Positions 1 through 10,609 of a stretch of DNA of 64,000 nucleotides are shown piece by piece. The stretch spans positions 2,016,001 through 2,080,000 of the forward strand of contig CAVVHE010000004.1 of NCBI GenBank assembly GCA_963748015.1, given 5' to 3'. The notes under the pieces were generated by a model. That model did no database searches, was not told the origin of the DNA, and saw only the letters and a list, made by a program, of their open reading frames with translations. This stretch comes from Terriglobia bacterium. Lineage in GTDB: Bacteria; Acidobacteriota; Polarisedimenticolia; Polarisedimenticolales; JAIQFR01. Position 1 is the first letter of the stretch. Each line of letters opens with the position of its first letter. The position numbers and the translations under genes were made by a program.

Positions 1-763
1 GTAGCGCGCAGGTGCATCCCAGCCGCTCGGCCGCGTCGGCGAACGCCTTCTCGTCGCCGGGGGTCTCGATGTGGATGAACTTCCTGTTGGCGCGGCGCTC
101 GGCCTCGAGGTCGCAGTAGTCGGCCACCCTGCCGTCCTTGAGGATCAGGACTTCCTCGCAGCACTCCTCGACGTCGCGCAGCAGGTGCGACGAGACCACC
201 ACCTTCGTTTCCCCCGAGTCGCGGATCTCGCGGATCAGGCGCAGCATCCGCGAGCGGCCCGGCGGGTCGAGCCCGTTGGTCGGCTCGTCGAGGAACAGCA
301 GGCTGGGCGCGTGGACGATCGCCTGGGCGAGCTTCACCATCTGCTTCATGCCCAGCGAGAAAGTCTCCAGCTTACGGTAGCGCGCCTCCCCCAGTCCGAC
401 GTATTGAAGGGCGTCGTGGGCCCGCTCGAGCGCCGCCTCGGCGGGGAGTCCGGAGACCTCCGCCATGAGGCGCACGAAGCGCACCGCGGTCATCCCGGCG
501 ATGAACGCGTCGCTCTCCGGCATGTAGCCCACCCGCGCGCGGACATCGGGGCCGGCCCGCCGGATGTCCGTTCCGAACAGCCTCGCGGTCCCCCCGTGCG
601 GGGGATGAAAGCCCAGCAGGGTGTGGATCAGGGTGGTCTTCCCCGCGCCGTTGGGCCCCAGGAGACCGATGGCGCGCCCGGCTAGGACGGCCCGCAGGTC
701 GTTCAGGACCGGCCGGCCTCCGAGGCGCACCGAGAGGCCATCGAGTTCCACCGCCGCGGTCAT
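1..763 (-). CDS. ABC transporter ATP-binding protein (3' end runs off the window)
   Basis: Manual translation from ATG at 763: Walker [10 protein letters not shown], signature-like FSLGMKQ, Walker B LLFLDEP, H-loop SSH. ATGA overlap with the upstream gene's stop. Confidence 0.92.
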   Translation of the reverse strand, partial: MTAAVELDGLSVRLGGRPVLNDLRAVLAGRAIGLLGPNGAGKTTLIHTLLGFHPPHGGTARLFGTDIRRAGPDVRARVGYMPESDAFIAGMTAVRFVRLMAEVSGLPAEAALERAHDALQYVGLGEARYRKLETFSLGMKQMVKLAQAIVHAPSLLFLDEPTNGLDPPGRSRMLRLIREIRDSGETKVVVSSHLLRDVEECCEEVLILKDGRVADYCDLEAERRANRKFIHIETPGDEKAFADAAERLGCTCAL

Positions 764-3318
764 GGCGTCTTGGGTGCCTCCGGGGCGACCCCGCCGAGCG
801 GCGGGCGGAGAAGGCCGCCCGGTGCGGCATGCACCGCCCAGCCGACGAGGTTGGCGAGCTCGGAGGAGATGTCCCCCTCGCCGTCGCTGGCGACCACGAT
901 GCGGTCGGTCTCGGCCCACGCGCACGCGATCCGGGGCCGCGCATCGAGGAGGGCCGCCGCGCCTCCCGGTGCCCCCGCGCCGACGGCGCTCGCCGTGGCG
1001 GCGAGCGAGCCCAGCGCCCGCGCGGTGTTCCCGTAGGCGAGCGCCGAGTAGCTGGTGCGGCTCGACGCCGGCAGGAGGTCCTGGAACTGCTGGGAATGCG
1101 GGAGCGAAACGCCCGTGTCCCGGGCCTGGAGGGCCCGCTGGACGAGAGCGCGGCTGGGCCCGGCCACGAGCCAACCTCGATCGTACGTCCAGTGGATCTC
1201 CATCGGCGATCCCTCGACTCGGAGAGTACTCCACGTCCGGCCTTCGGCGGCCTCCTCGACCAGGCTCGCCGAGACCGCCCGTCCTTGTTTACGAAGCTCG
1301 TCGTTGGCGCGTTTCACGAGTTTCGAAACCGAGCTCTGGATACGCTCGGGGTCGTAGGCCTCCGCCACCAGCTTCCACGACGGCACGGGCAGCACCGGCC
1401 CGTCCAGGGCGACGGTCAAGCTCCCGCCGAGCGGATCGGCGAGATCGGCCACGGGATCCAGGCCGGTCTCCCGGTGGACCCTGTCCAGGGCATCGCGGAA
1501 AGCGGGGTCGTTGGCGTCGAACCACTCGAGGAGCTCCCTCACCGCGTCTCCCGGATCCCGCAGGACGATCGAGGCCGCCAGGGTGGCGTCCGGGGAGACG
1601 TACTCGAGGCCGCCCATCGGCCCGGGACTGGCGAGCCAAGAGGCGACGCCGCGCCGCGCGCCGTCGAAGGTGAGGACCGCCTCGTCGTGGACCTTGCCCG
1701 CGATCTCGACGCGCTCGACGACGAGATTCCTGGCCCCGTTCAGGCCGAGCGGCTCGAGCGGTTCGCGGCGCGAGCCCGCGCGAGAGAGAATCGCCTGGAC
1801 GTCGGCGCCGAGGAGCCAGCCGGTGCCGTCGCCGTAGGCCGCAACGAGCTGGCGGTGGAGCGGCGTTCCCGCGAAGGTGCCTTGCCCCTCGAACGCGGCG
1901 AGAACCCCGTGCGGAGCGAGCGCGACCACGCCGCCGGCCACGCGGACGTCCATCTCGCGGTACAGCTCCGCGTAGTCGGTCCGCAGGACGCGCTCGAGCG
2001 CCTCGGGATCGCGAGCCTCGGCCCGAACCAGCGGGCCGCGAAGCCCGCCGGCCTCGTCGAGGGCGAAGCTGAAGACGATCTCGTTGCCCAGAAGTTCCCC
2101 GAGCGCGCGGAGCTTGAGGAAGCCCGTCTCCAGCTCGCGCCGCGCCTCGTCGGTTTTCACGTTGCCGTTCCACCACTCGCGGAGCACGGGGCTCCGGGCA
2201 ACGTGCTGCTCGAAGATCTGCATGGCCTGACCGAGACCCTGCGCCAGGTTCGGCACCGCGGCGAACACGACGGTCCCGGCCGGGGTCTCGTCGAGGAGCC
2301 GGGTGGCAGTCCTCGGTGCGGGCGAGGCCACCGACGCCCGAAGATCCTCGCGCAGCGAGACCAGTTCACGCGCCAGCTCGTCGTAGCGGGCGGCGTCGGC
2401 GCTCCAGCCGAACTGCTCGACCAGCGGGAGCGACGGGAGCGCTGGCCGCGAGGCCATCTGGTCCCCCGCTTCCAGCAAGCGCTCCTGGCCTCCCGCGGTG
2501 ACCCGGACCGACCCCTCGAGGACCCCCACGCGCGATCCCGCCACGCCGGACTCCACGTTGAAGATCGTCCCCTTCACGCTGGCGATCGCATCCGGGGTGA
2601 CGACCTCGAGACGCCCGGAACCCTGCTTCGCCGCCTCGACGATGATGCCCCCCCCGGCGAGACGGATGGTGGCGCCGCGGCGGCCGCGCGAGATCGAGAG
2701 CTCGGTTCGCTCCCGCATCTCGATACGGGAGCCGTCGGCCATCGCCAGCACCGCTCCGGAGTCCTTGCCCGTGCGCAACCGGTCGGTCTCGACGAGCGTC
2801 GCGCCGGCGACCACGGGGGTACCCGTCGCGCCCTCGAGGCGGTAGATCGCGCCGCGGAGGCTCGCGACCCTGACCTCCTCCGGCGCGGGGCCGAGCGCCA
2901 CCCAGGCGCCCCACCCGGCGAGCACGACCGTGACCGCGAAGGCGGCCGCGGCCGCCCACCGGCCCCACGCCTGCCGCTCGGCTCGTCGCGCCGGATGCGC
3001 CCCGGCGGGAGCGGCGCCGTCGCGCACCGCGCGCGCGGCGATCAGCGCCCGCCGACAGGGAATGCAATCCCGCGTGTGATCCTCGAGCAGCAGGGCCTCG
3101 GCTCTCGGGAGCGTGGATTCGAGGAAGGCGGGGATGCGCTCCCGGAACCCCGAGCAGCGCTCGATCCGGGCCGATTCCAGCGCCGCCTCGGCCGAAGCCG
3201 TCTCCAGTCCCAGCGCTCGACGCGTCCGGTCCGCCGCCGCCGTTTCCGCGGCCGGGTCGGGCAACGAGGCGCGAATGCTCGCGGCGATTCCGTCCAGATC
3301 GTGCTCGCGGTTGCTCAT
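760..3318 (-). CDS. Zinc-finger anti-sigma / FecR-domain membrane protein with large extracytoplasmic C-terminal domain
   Basis: HxxxCxxC (HTRDCIPC), one TM, FecR-like [21 protein letters not shown]...VKGTIFNV...VLEGSVRV. Start MSNREH overlaps the ECF stop (ATGA). Confidence 0.85.
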   Translation of the reverse strand: MSNREHDLDGIAASIRASLPDPAAETAAADRTRRALGLETASAEAALESARIERCSGFRERIPAFLESTLPRAEALLLEDHTRDCIPCRRALIAARAVRDGAAPAGAHPARRAERQAWGRWAAAAAFAVTVVLAGWGAWVALGPAPEEVRVASLRGAIYRLEGATGTPVVAGATLVETDRLRTGKDSGAVLAMADGSRIEMRERTELSISRGRRGATIRLAGGGIIVEAAKQGSGRLEVVTPDAIASVKGTIFNVESGVAGSRVGVLEGSVRVTAGGQERLLEAGDQMASRPALPSLPLVEQFGWSADAARYDELARELVSLREDLRASVASPAPRTATRLLDETPAGTVVFAAVPNLAQGLGQAMQIFEQHVARSPVLREWWNGNVKTDEARRELETGFLKLRALGELLGNEIVFSFALDEAGGLRGPLVRAEARDPEALERVLRTDYAELYREMDVRVAGGVVALAPHGVLAAFEGQGTFAGTPLHRQLVAAYGDGTGWLLGADVQAILSRAGSRREPLEPLGLNGARNLVVERVEIAGKVHDEAVLTFDGARRGVASWLASPGPMGGLEYVSPDATLAASIVLRDPGDAVRELLEWFDANDPAFRDALDRVHRETGLDPVADLADPLGGSLTVALDGPVLPVPSWKLVAEAYDPERIQSSVSKLVKRANDELRKQGRAVSASLVEEAAEGRTWSTLRVEGSPMEIHWTYDRGWLVAGPSRALVQRALQARDTGVSLPHSQQFQDLLPASSRTSYSALAYGNTARALGSLAATASAVGAGAPGGAAALLDARPRIACAWAETDRIVVASDGEGDISSELANLVGWAVHAAPGGLLRPPLGGVAPEAPKTP

Positions 3319-3884
3319 CGGAAACCTCCCAGTGCGCTTTTCCGGAGTCGGGCGCGCGTGCGGTGCAGCGAGACCGCCACGGTGCTCCAGGACGTGCCGA
3401 GCATCCGGGCGATCTCGCGATTGCTGTACCCCTCGAAGCAGCGCAGGACGAAGATCTCGGCCGCCCGCGGATTCAGCTCCGCCAGGGCGGCCCTCAGCCG
3501 GCGACCGAGCGCGGCGACCTCCGCCGCGACGGCCGGGTCGGGCCGTGGCTCGTGCAGCCGGTCCTGCCATTCAGCGAGCGGATCGGCCTTGGCCGTCCGG
3601 CGGCGCCGCAGCAGGTCCACGGCGGCGTTGACGGCGGCCCGGTGGAGGTAGCTTCCCGCGGTGTCGTTCGTCACGACCGTGCTCTCGCTGCGGAGAAGGC
3701 GGAGGAACACGGTCTGGAGCACGTCCTCGGCGTCGGCTTCCGTGCCGGTCACGCGATACGCGGCGCGGAACACCAGCTCTCGGTACTGCTCGAACAGCAG
3801 CGAGACCTGCTTCTGGAGAGGGGTCGGCGCTTCCTGTCGCGTCACGGCTTGCACGGGCACCTCCGGGGATCTTCCATCACCCAT
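3315..3884 (-). CDS. ECF RNA polymerase sigma-70 factor
   Basis: Region 2 DAEDVLQTVFLRL; region 4 EGYSNREIARMLG...SLHRTRARLRK. Start codon uncertain. Confidence 0.92.
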   Translation of the reverse strand: MGDGRSPEVPVQAVTRQEAPTPLQKQVSLLFEQYRELVFRAAYRVTGTEADAEDVLQTVFLRLLRSESTVVTNDTAGSYLHRAAVNAAVDLLRRRRTAKADPLAEWQDRLHEPRPDPAVAAEVAALGRRLRAALAELNPRAAEIFVLRCFEGYSNREIARMLGTSWSTVAVSLHRTRARLRKSALGGFR

Positions 3885-3944
3885 GAATACGCACCCGCGG
3901 GCGGATCATTACCGCCCCCGACTCGAATTCGAGGCTGGGAGCCG

Positions 3945-4673
3945 TCACCTGGCCGGAGGCGGGATCGGCTCCTCCTGGGAAAGCAGGTCGATCGCCGGGG
4001 CGACGTAGTTCGCGGGCTGCTGGACCAGGAACGCCGTGAGGCGCGCTTCCTGCGCGAGCTCCACCCTCATCCGCGCCGGCAGGTAACCCGCGCCGAGCAC
4101 CTCGATCCGCCACGAGCCTGCCGCAAGGTCCTCGATCTCGAAGGTCCCGTCGGGCAGGGTCAGCGTGGACCGCGGGTCCTCGGTCTCGTCGGTGCGCACC
4201 AGGCGGACCCTCGCCTCTCCCAGCGGCCCCGCGCCGCGCACGGCGACCGCGCCGGACAGCCGGACGCGATTCCCGGCCTGCGATTCCGCGCGCGAAACGG
4301 GCGCTTTCCCGGCGGCGTCCGGCGCGAGCCGGACCTCCACGACCGCGCGATACGGGAAGCGCACCGCGACGCCTTCCTTGACGATCGGTGCGTATCCCTC
4401 CCGCTTCAGCTCGACGCGGTACGTCCCCTCCGGCAGCCGCTCGAAGTAGAAGAGACCCTTGTCGTCGGTGGAGGTGAGCCAGAGGAGCGGCCGGTCCCCC
4501 GAAGCGCTCGCGAGGACCGCGGCGCCGACGACGGGACGGTGCCGGTCGAGCGACGCCGTGCCCTCGAGGCGCGCCATCTTCGGCGGCGCCGGGGCCGTCT
4601 CCTCGGCCGCGGCGGCCGCGGCCGCGCCGATCATCGCGGCCGCAACGAGGACGATCGATACCGCTCGACGCAT
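3945..4673 (-). CDS. Secreted protein with two carboxypeptidase-regulatory-like (Cna-B-type) domains
   Basis: Signal peptide MRRAVSIVLVAAAM; two repeats TDDKGLFYFERLPEGTYRV and TLPDGTFEIEDLAAGSWRI. Confidence 0.75.
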   Translation of the reverse strand: MRRAVSIVLVAAAMIGAAAAAAAEETAPAPPKMARLEGTASLDRHRPVVGAAVLASASGDRPLLWLTSTDDKGLFYFERLPEGTYRVELKREGYAPIVKEGVAVRFPYRAVVEVRLAPDAAGKAPVSRAESQAGNRVRLSGAVAVRGAGPLGEARVRLVRTDETEDPRSTLTLPDGTFEIEDLAAGSWRIEVLGAGYLPARMRVELAQEARLTAFLVQQPANYVAPAIDLLSQEEPIPPPAR

Positions 4674-4780
4674 GAGCCTCCGGCGCGCCCGCACGACCTT
4701 CCTCGACGGAATCGCGGGCGTCCTGGGGTGATTATAGGCGGCAAACCGCGGGTGCGCCGCGCGAGGACGGCGTCGCGAGG

Positions 4781-6136
4781 TTACGAATGGCCGACCGCGA
4801 TCCGGCGCCCCCCGGCGCGCGCGACCCAGGCGATCCTGGCCGTGAGAAGCACCGCGACGGCGGCGAGCGCTATGGCCAACCCTGCCCAGATTCCCCGCGC
4901 CCCCCAGCCGGCGCGGAACGCCAGGAACCAACCCGCGGGGAGGCCGACGAACCAGTAGCCGACGAGGTTGGCGGCGGAGGGCAGGTGCACGTCGCCGACG
5001 CCGCGCAGCACGGCGAACGAGACGACCTGCGTGCCGTCGAAGACCTGGAACGCCGCCGCGATCGGGAGGAGCGTCGCCGCGAGCGCGATCACCGCCGGGT
5101 CGAGGGTGTAGAGCCGGCCGAGGAGCTCCGGAACGAAGAGGAACGCCGCCGCCGGCAGGAGCATGAACGCGACGGCGAGCCCGATCGCGACCCGCGCGGT
5201 GCGCGTCCAGTGGAGCCCCGCGCCGAACAGGTGCCCGACGCGCGTCGCGCAGGCCGCGGCCAGCGCGTTCGGGACCATGAAGGAGACGGTGGCGAGGTTC
5301 ATGGTGATCGCGTGGGCCGCGAGCGCCGTCGCGCCGAGCTGCCCGATCATCAGCCCCGCGGCATGGAACGCCCAGACCTCGAGGCCGACCTGGAACCCGA
5401 GGGCCAGGCCGATGCCGAAGACGCGGCCGAGAGCGGACCAGGAGAGCTGCGCGCGCCAGCCGAGCCAATGGCCCTTGAAGCTCTCGCGGCCGAAGAAGAG
5501 CAGCGCGCCGAGCATGAACCACTGCGCGGCCGCGGTGGCGTACCCCGAGCCGAGAGGACCGAGCGCGGGCACGCCGAGATGGCCGTAGATCAGCACCCAG
5601 TTGAGGCCGGCGTTGACGAGGTTCGCGAGGAGCACCGCGATCGTCCCGGGGCGCATGACCCCGAGCGCCTGCGTGAACTGCCGGCAGACCGCGAACCCGA
5701 GAAAGCCCGGCACCCCCCACATCAGCGCGCGGCAGTAAGCGCCCGCGGGCGCCAGGAGCTCGCGCGGCTGGCGGAAGAGATCGAGCGCCGGCTCGGCGAA
5801 CGCATAGAGGGCGATCACGGGAAACGCGAGAAGCGCGGCCATCGCGAAGCCGAGCGAGAGCCCCGTGCCGACCGTCCGCCGGTCTCCCGCTCCGTGCGCC
5901 TGCGCCACCAGCGGGTCGAGGGCGCGCGAGGCTCCGAGGGCGACGATCACGATCGCGAAGTTCCAGGTGTTGGCGAGCGAGACGGCGGCGAGCGCCCCCG
6001 CCCCGAGCCGCCCGACCATCATCGCGTCCACGGTCCCCATCGCGATCGTCCCGAGGTACGTGATCACGACGGGCGCGGCGAGCCGCACCAGGCGCGCGGT
6101 CTCCTCTCGGGCGCCCCCTTCCGCGACGACGGTCAT
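4781..6136 (-). CDS. MATE family efflux transporter (NorM-like)
   Basis: About 12 hydrophobic segments; VDAMMVGRLG, PLVAQAHGAGD, FQVFDGTQVV, LRGVGD motifs. Start estimated. Confidence 0.9.
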   Translation of the reverse strand: MTVVAEGGAREETARLVRLAAPVVITYLGTIAMGTVDAMMVGRLGAGALAAVSLANTWNFAIVIVALGASRALDPLVAQAHGAGDRRTVGTGLSLGFAMAALLAFPVIALYAFAEPALDLFRQPRELLAPAGAYCRALMWGVPGFLGFAVCRQFTQALGVMRPGTIAVLLANLVNAGLNWVLIYGHLGVPALGPLGSGYATAAAQWFMLGALLFFGRESFKGHWLGWRAQLSWSALGRVFGIGLALGFQVGLEVWAFHAAGLMIGQLGATALAAHAITMNLATVSFMVPNALAAACATRVGHLFGAGLHWTRTARVAIGLAVAFMLLPAAAFLFVPELLGRLYTLDPAVIALAATLLPIAAAFQVFDGTQVVSFAVLRGVGDVHLPSAANLVGYWFVGLPAGWFLAFRAGWGARGIWAGLAIALAAVAVLLTARIAWVARAGGRRIAVGHS

Positions 6137-6303
6137 TCCGATGGGCTTGGTTGCTTGCACCGTGCGCCATTGTAGCGGGATCCCCCGGCCTTGTTTCTTC
6201 AGGCTCGTGCGCGTATAAGAACCAAGAGAAAACCCGCGCGGACTCTCGAGCGAGAGCATGCCACGTCTCCCCCCGAGCGCTCCGCGCCATGGGGAGGCGC
6301 ATC

Positions 6304-6651
6304 GTGAGATCACACCACTCGTTCGCGATCCTGCTGCTCGCCGCGGTCGCGCTCGTCTCGGGCTGCTCCGGAGGCGGCGACGACGTCGCGGGCCCGGACT
6401 ACACCGTCCGGGTGATCATGGCCGGCGCCGGCGCGGGACGCGTTTACAGCGACGGCAACTGGGTCGACTGCCCGTCCAACTGCGGCCCTCTTGACTGGAC
6501 GGGCGGCGCTACGGTCAACCTGGTCGCGGAGCCGGAGCTGGACTCCGTGTTCGTGAGCTGGACCGGCGCCTGCACCGGCGTCGACCCGCAGGTTTGTACG
6601 TTCGTGGTCACCGGCCACATGGAGGTCACCGCGACGTTCAACAAGCTCTGA
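6304..6651 (+). CDS. Small lipoprotein with InlB B-repeat-like (bacterial repeat) domain
   Basis: GGAGG then GTG; lipobox VSGC; pattern VNLVAEP...FVSWTGAC...CTF...VTATF. Confidence 0.7.
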   Translation: MRSHHSFAILLLAAVALVSGCSGGGDDVAGPDYTVRVIMAGAGAGRVYSDGNWVDCPSNCGPLDWTGGATVNLVAEPELDSVFVSWTGACTGVDPQVCTFVVTGHMEVTATFNKL

Positions 6652-6717
6652 GGCCCGAGGTTGCAGTCGCGCAACACGACGCGACTTGGGCACCACGACG
6701 GGGCAGGTACGCGGAGA

Positions 6718-7575
6718 TCACTCGCGCTGGCGCTCGGGAGCCTGCCAGACGATGTTCTTGTCCTTGTCGAACATGACGATGGACGCGGCGGAACGCTTGA
6801 TCTTCGTCCCTGTCTTTGGAGCCACAAGATCCGTCGTCCCCAGCGCGGTTCGGAATCCCTGGGCGTCTTCCAGCAGCAGACTGGTGTCGTCCTTGGAAGC
6901 GCCGAGTGCCGCCCGCAGTTTCCCGGCTTCGTCCCGCAGGCCCAGCAATGGGCCGTCCATGGACACGACGAAGTTCGCCCGGACCTCGTTCGCTCCGTCG
7001 AAGAGGGTCAGCCCGGACACGTCTCCGCCCGTGTCGAGAATCGCCCGAACTTGACCCGATTCGTCAGCCAAACGCAACTCGGCCTTGTCGTCGCTCCCCT
7101 CGAGCGTCGCCCGCGCCTTTCCGGCCTCATCCAGCAAGTCCAGCGAGGACCCAGCCCTGAACGCGCCCATGTGCAACCGCTTCTTTCCGGCTTCGTCGAA
7201 CAAGTCGAGCGCGGAAGCGCCAACGGTCGCGCGAAGGACCGTCCCCCCTTTCCCCGTTTCGCCGAACAGCAGCAGTAGAGGCCCCTCCTTGCCCGCCAAG
7301 ACCTGCGCGCGCCCCTTCTCCGATTCGTCGAACAGGGTCAGCCCGACCGCGTCGTTGTCCGTGGCGAGGACGGCCCGCTCTTTCCCCGCTTCGTCCACGA
7401 CGACGAGCCTCCGAGTCCGGACTTCGTCGGTCACCGTCGGCCCGGCCGCCTGTCCCATGAGGACCAGCCCGGCCGCGACGGCGACGGCCACCAGCCCCCC
7501 GCGCCTGAGTCTCCGGTTCTCTCGCTCGAGCCGCTCCATCCGGCCCGCGAGATCGTCGCTGCTGCGTGCGCTCAT
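6718..7575 (-). CDS. Hypothetical membrane-anchored protein with about nine 22-aa tandem repeats
   Basis: N-terminal coiled coil RMERLERENRRLRR, one TM, repeated LxLxDExGKxRAxL units. Confidence 0.75.
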   Translation of the reverse strand: MSARSSDDLAGRMERLERENRRLRRGGLVAVAVAAGLVLMGQAAGPTVTDEVRTRRLVVVDEAGKERAVLATDNDAVGLTLFDESEKGRAQVLAGKEGPLLLLFGETGKGGTVLRATVGASALDLFDEAGKKRLHMGAFRAGSSLDLLDEAGKARATLEGSDDKAELRLADESGQVRAILDTGGDVSGLTLFDGANEVRANFVVSMDGPLLGLRDEAGKLRAALGASKDDTSLLLEDAQGFRTALGTTDLVAPKTGTKIKRSAASIVMFDKDKNIVWQAPERQRE

Positions 7576-7813
7576 CGTATTCCCCCGAGGTCGGATCGTA
7601 AGGCCGAATGATACAGCCCCACCGGCGGATGCGGGGGCGGGCAGCGGGCGACCGGACTTCCCCAGCCTGGTGGACACCGCATGAAAGACGGATAGGATGT
7701 CCAGGATACGTGACCCAGATGGGGGAAGGCGGCTGCGTGGCCGGACTCTCCACCGAAGCGGTCGAAGCACATATCGAGACAGGGTGCGGTGCGGTGATGA
7801 GCGAGGAAACCCG

Positions 7814-8533
7814 ATGAACATCCGGAGATCGTGCTGTCTCTTGCTGGCTGCGCTGTGCCTTCTCTCGTGTTCAGGGACAAACTCCGTCTTCACGCCTACG
7901 GGCTCATACAGCACGAGTTTTTCACTGAACGAAAATCCTGTTTCCGAGGGCGGGCGTTGGATCAACGGCGGGGCGGTTGGGCTCGACTGGCACAACGTTC
8001 AGACGATACCCGGTAGAGCTTACGGGGCGTCGATCGTCGGCGGCTACGACGACGACATCGCGGTCCTGAGCACCTCGTTCGCGGCCGACCAGTACGCGCA
8101 GGGAACCGTGTACCGCGCGGCGGGCTACGCGCCAAGCGGGAGCCACGAGATCGAGCTTCTGCTCCGTTTCAGGATCACCGCGCACAACGCGCGCGGCTAC
8201 GAAGTGCTGTGGGGCGGGGGCGGAGCCACGAACGGCGAGCTCGCGATCGTCTGCTGGAACGGCCCGCTCGGAGACTACACGTCCCTCGCCAGCACCACGA
8301 TCGCACCGGCGGTCGATGGCGATGTGTTGCGGGCCGAGATCGCGGGCAGCGTCATCAAGGTCTACAAGAATGGCTCGCTCGTGCTCACCGGCCCATCCAA
8401 TACGACATGGAAGGACGGTCAACCCGGCATAGGGTTCTGGCCGACTGACAGGGGGGGCGTGACCTCGGCCAATTACGGTTGGAGTAATTTCTCGGCGGGG
8501 GACGGATCCGGTCCATCTCGCGGTAGCGGCTGA
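7814..8533 (+). CDS. Hypothetical lipoprotein (predicted beta-rich)
   Basis: GAGG RBS, signal peptide with LLSC lipobox, Gly/Trp-rich beta-strand pattern. Confidence 0.65.
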   Translation: MNIRRSCCLLLAALCLLSCSGTNSVFTPTGSYSTSFSLNENPVSEGGRWINGGAVGLDWHNVQTIPGRAYGASIVGGYDDDIAVLSTSFAADQYAQGTVYRAAGYAPSGSHEIELLLRFRITAHNARGYEVLWGGGGATNGELAIVCWNGPLGDYTSLASTTIAPAVDGDVLRAEIAGSVIKVYKNGSLVLTGPSNTTWKDGQPGIGFWPTDRGGVTSANYGWSNFSAGDGSGPSRGSG

Positions 8534-8803
8534 ACCGAAGTCGTCGGCTCGAAGATTCGCGCGTCGGGCAAAACCGATTCCGACTGCGGCCGCGGCGAGA
8601 CGTGCTAGACCGGCTACCCGTTCAGCGGTGGGACCGACGACACGACAGGGCATTGGCTCATCGTCCGTTGCGGCGATGGACTCACTCGAAGCCGTCCTAT
8701 CGGCGCGTGGCCACGCCGTTGAACGCTAGAAGGACACCGACAGCCAGCGGCCCCCCGAGGCCGCCAACGTAGAGCGTGGTATCCTTACCGCTGCCAACAC
8801 CTT

Positions 8804-8879
8804 AGGCGGTTAGCTCAGTTGGTAGAGCACCTGCCTTACACGCAGGGGGTCGCTGGTTCGAGTCCAGCACCGCCTACCA
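8804..8879 (+). tRNA. tRNA-Val (anticodon TAC)
   Basis: Acceptor AGGCGGT/ACCGCCT, D-loop AGTTGGTA, anticodon arm CCTGC-CTTACAC-GCAGG, T-loop TTCGAGT, encoded CCA. Confidence 0.97.
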
Positions 8880-8888
8880 GACGCGAGA

Positions 8889-10526
8889 TCAGGGGCGAAC
8901 CCACCAGCGCTCGAGGAGTGCGAGGGAGTCGCTCGGAATCGGGATCTCGACGCCCTTGAGGCGCGGGCCGGCGACGGCGAGGCGCTGCGTCTCGTACAGG
9001 AAGGTGTAGGGCTGGTCGCGGTAGATCGCGCGCTCGACGGAGCCGAAGAGCGGCTTCATCCCCTTCCAGTCCGCGACCGATTCGAGCTTCTCCAGCAGGC
9101 CGTCCACCTCCGGCGAGCGGTAGCGGACCACGTTGTTGCCGCCTGGAGGGAGGCCCGCCGACCCGAAGATCGGCTTGAGGTCGATGGCGCCGAGCAGCTT
9201 CCAGCCGCCCACGTAGGCGTCGAAGTCACCGCCCGTCGTCTTGTGCACGAGGGTCTGCATCTCGAGCGTCGTCACGCGGGCGCGCACGCCGATCCTCGAC
9301 AGCTGCTCCTGCGCCTTCACCATCACCGACTCGCGCAGCCGGTTCCCCGCGTTCGACACGATCTCGAGCTCGAGCGGGCGGCCGTTCCTCTCGAGGACGC
9401 CGTCGCTCGCGCGCGGGACGAACCCCTTCGACGCGAGGATCTTCCGCGCTTCCGCCGGGTCGTAGGGCAGCGGCTCGAGGCCGGGATCGCTCGCCCACCA
9501 GAAGGACAGCAGCGGTCCCTTGCTGACGCGGCCGAAGCCGTAGAGCAGCTCCTCCACCAGCGCCTTGCGGTCGATCGCGAGGGTCAACGCGCGGCGGATC
9601 TCGGGATCGTCGAGCGGCGGGCGCGCGCCGTTCCAGCCGATGTAGTCGTACATCGGGTAGTCGAACGCGATCAGCGCGGCCCCCGGCGTGGCGCGAACCC
9701 GCGCGGCCTCCCGCGGCGCCACCCCTTCCATGTAGTCCAGCCCGCCCGCGAGGACCTGCGTCAGCAGCGACGTCGCGTCCGGCACGATGCGGACCACGAC
9801 CTTGTCGAGACGCGGGAACTCCTTCCTGAAGTATCGCGGGTTCCGCGCCAGGACGATCTCCTCCGCGGGCGCGTGCCGCTCGAGCAGGAACGGGCCGGAG
9901 CCGACCCGCACCGCCGACCAGTCGTGGTGCGTCCAGTCCTTGAACGGGACGGCGCCGTAGACGTGCTCGGGCAGGATCCCGCCCTCGACGGCGTCGGAGA
10001 GCTGATTCGGGTAGGCGCGGTCGAAGCGGAAGACCACGGTGCGGTCGTCCGACGCCTCGACGGCGGTCACGTGCCGCTTCGACGCGACGGAGAGCCAGGC
10101 GACCTCCGGAGAGGTTTGCGCCTTCCACGTGAAGACGACGTCCGAGGCCTTGACCGGGCGGCCGTCGCTCCACGTCGCATCGCGGAGCCGGAACGTGATC
10201 GCCTTGCCGTCCTTCGAGAAGGTCCACGATTCGGCGAGCAGCGGCTCGAAGCTCGCGGGGTGCTCGCGCGTGTCCCCCTGCTCCTGCGCGAGCCGGAGGT
10301 TGATGCGCCGGAGGATCCCGTTGGCGAACGCCTGCTTCGACAGGTACTCGTTCCACGAGTCGACGTCGGTGATGCTGCCGAGGACCCCCGTTCCGCCCCT
10401 GCTCGGCGCGTCGCCGGCGGCGAGGGCCGGCGGAGCGCTGCCGCCGACCCGGGCGGCGAGGACCAGGAGCAGGGCGAGCCCGAAGGCGAACGCGACGGAA
10501 CGGACCAGGGTCTGTTTGCGAGACAA
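8889..10526 (-). CDS. ABC transporter substrate-binding protein, family 5 (OppA/DppA-like)
   Basis: PLLAESWTFSKDGKAITFRLR, WSDGRPVKASDVVFT, VGSGPF, LDDPEIRRALTLAIDR. TTG start after GGAGG. Confidence 0.9.
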   Translation of the reverse strand: MSRKQTLVRSVAFAFGLALLLVLAARVGGSAPPALAAGDAPSRGGTGVLGSITDVDSWNEYLSKQAFANGILRRINLRLAQEQGDTREHPASFEPLLAESWTFSKDGKAITFRLRDATWSDGRPVKASDVVFTWKAQTSPEVAWLSVASKRHVTAVEASDDRTVVFRFDRAYPNQLSDAVEGGILPEHVYGAVPFKDWTHHDWSAVRVGSGPFLLERHAPAEEIVLARNPRYFRKEFPRLDKVVVRIVPDATSLLTQVLAGGLDYMEGVAPREAARVRATPGAALIAFDYPMYDYIGWNGARPPLDDPEIRRALTLAIDRKALVEELLYGFGRVSKGPLLSFWWASDPGLEPLPYDPAEARKILASKGFVPRASDGVLERNGRPLELEIVSNAGNRLRESVMVKAQEQLSRIGVRARVTTLEMQTLVHKTTGGDFDAYVGGWKLLGAIDLKPIFGSAGLPPGGNNVVRYRSPEVDGLLEKLESVADWKGMKPLFGSVERAIYRDQPYTFLYETQRLAVAGPRLKGVEIPIPSDSLALLERWWVRP

Positions 10527-10609
10527 GGCGGCCTCCGATCGAAAGGACCGGGGGCGAATATGTGACCCGGCTCGGGAAGAGTCAAAGGAAGGGGGGCCGC
10601 CGTCCCGCC

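Noticed and set aside
829..3651. Long antisense or alternate-frame ORFs (e.g. 829-3651, 24303-26855, 32004-35066, 41851-43965, 42315-44576)
   Set aside because: Shadow ORFs caused by high GC and codon bias; they overlap well-supported genes and lack motifs.
8804..8889. Island integrated at the tRNA-Val 3' end
   Set aside because: No duplicate of its 3' end was found in the window, and a host-like gene ends 9 bp downstream.
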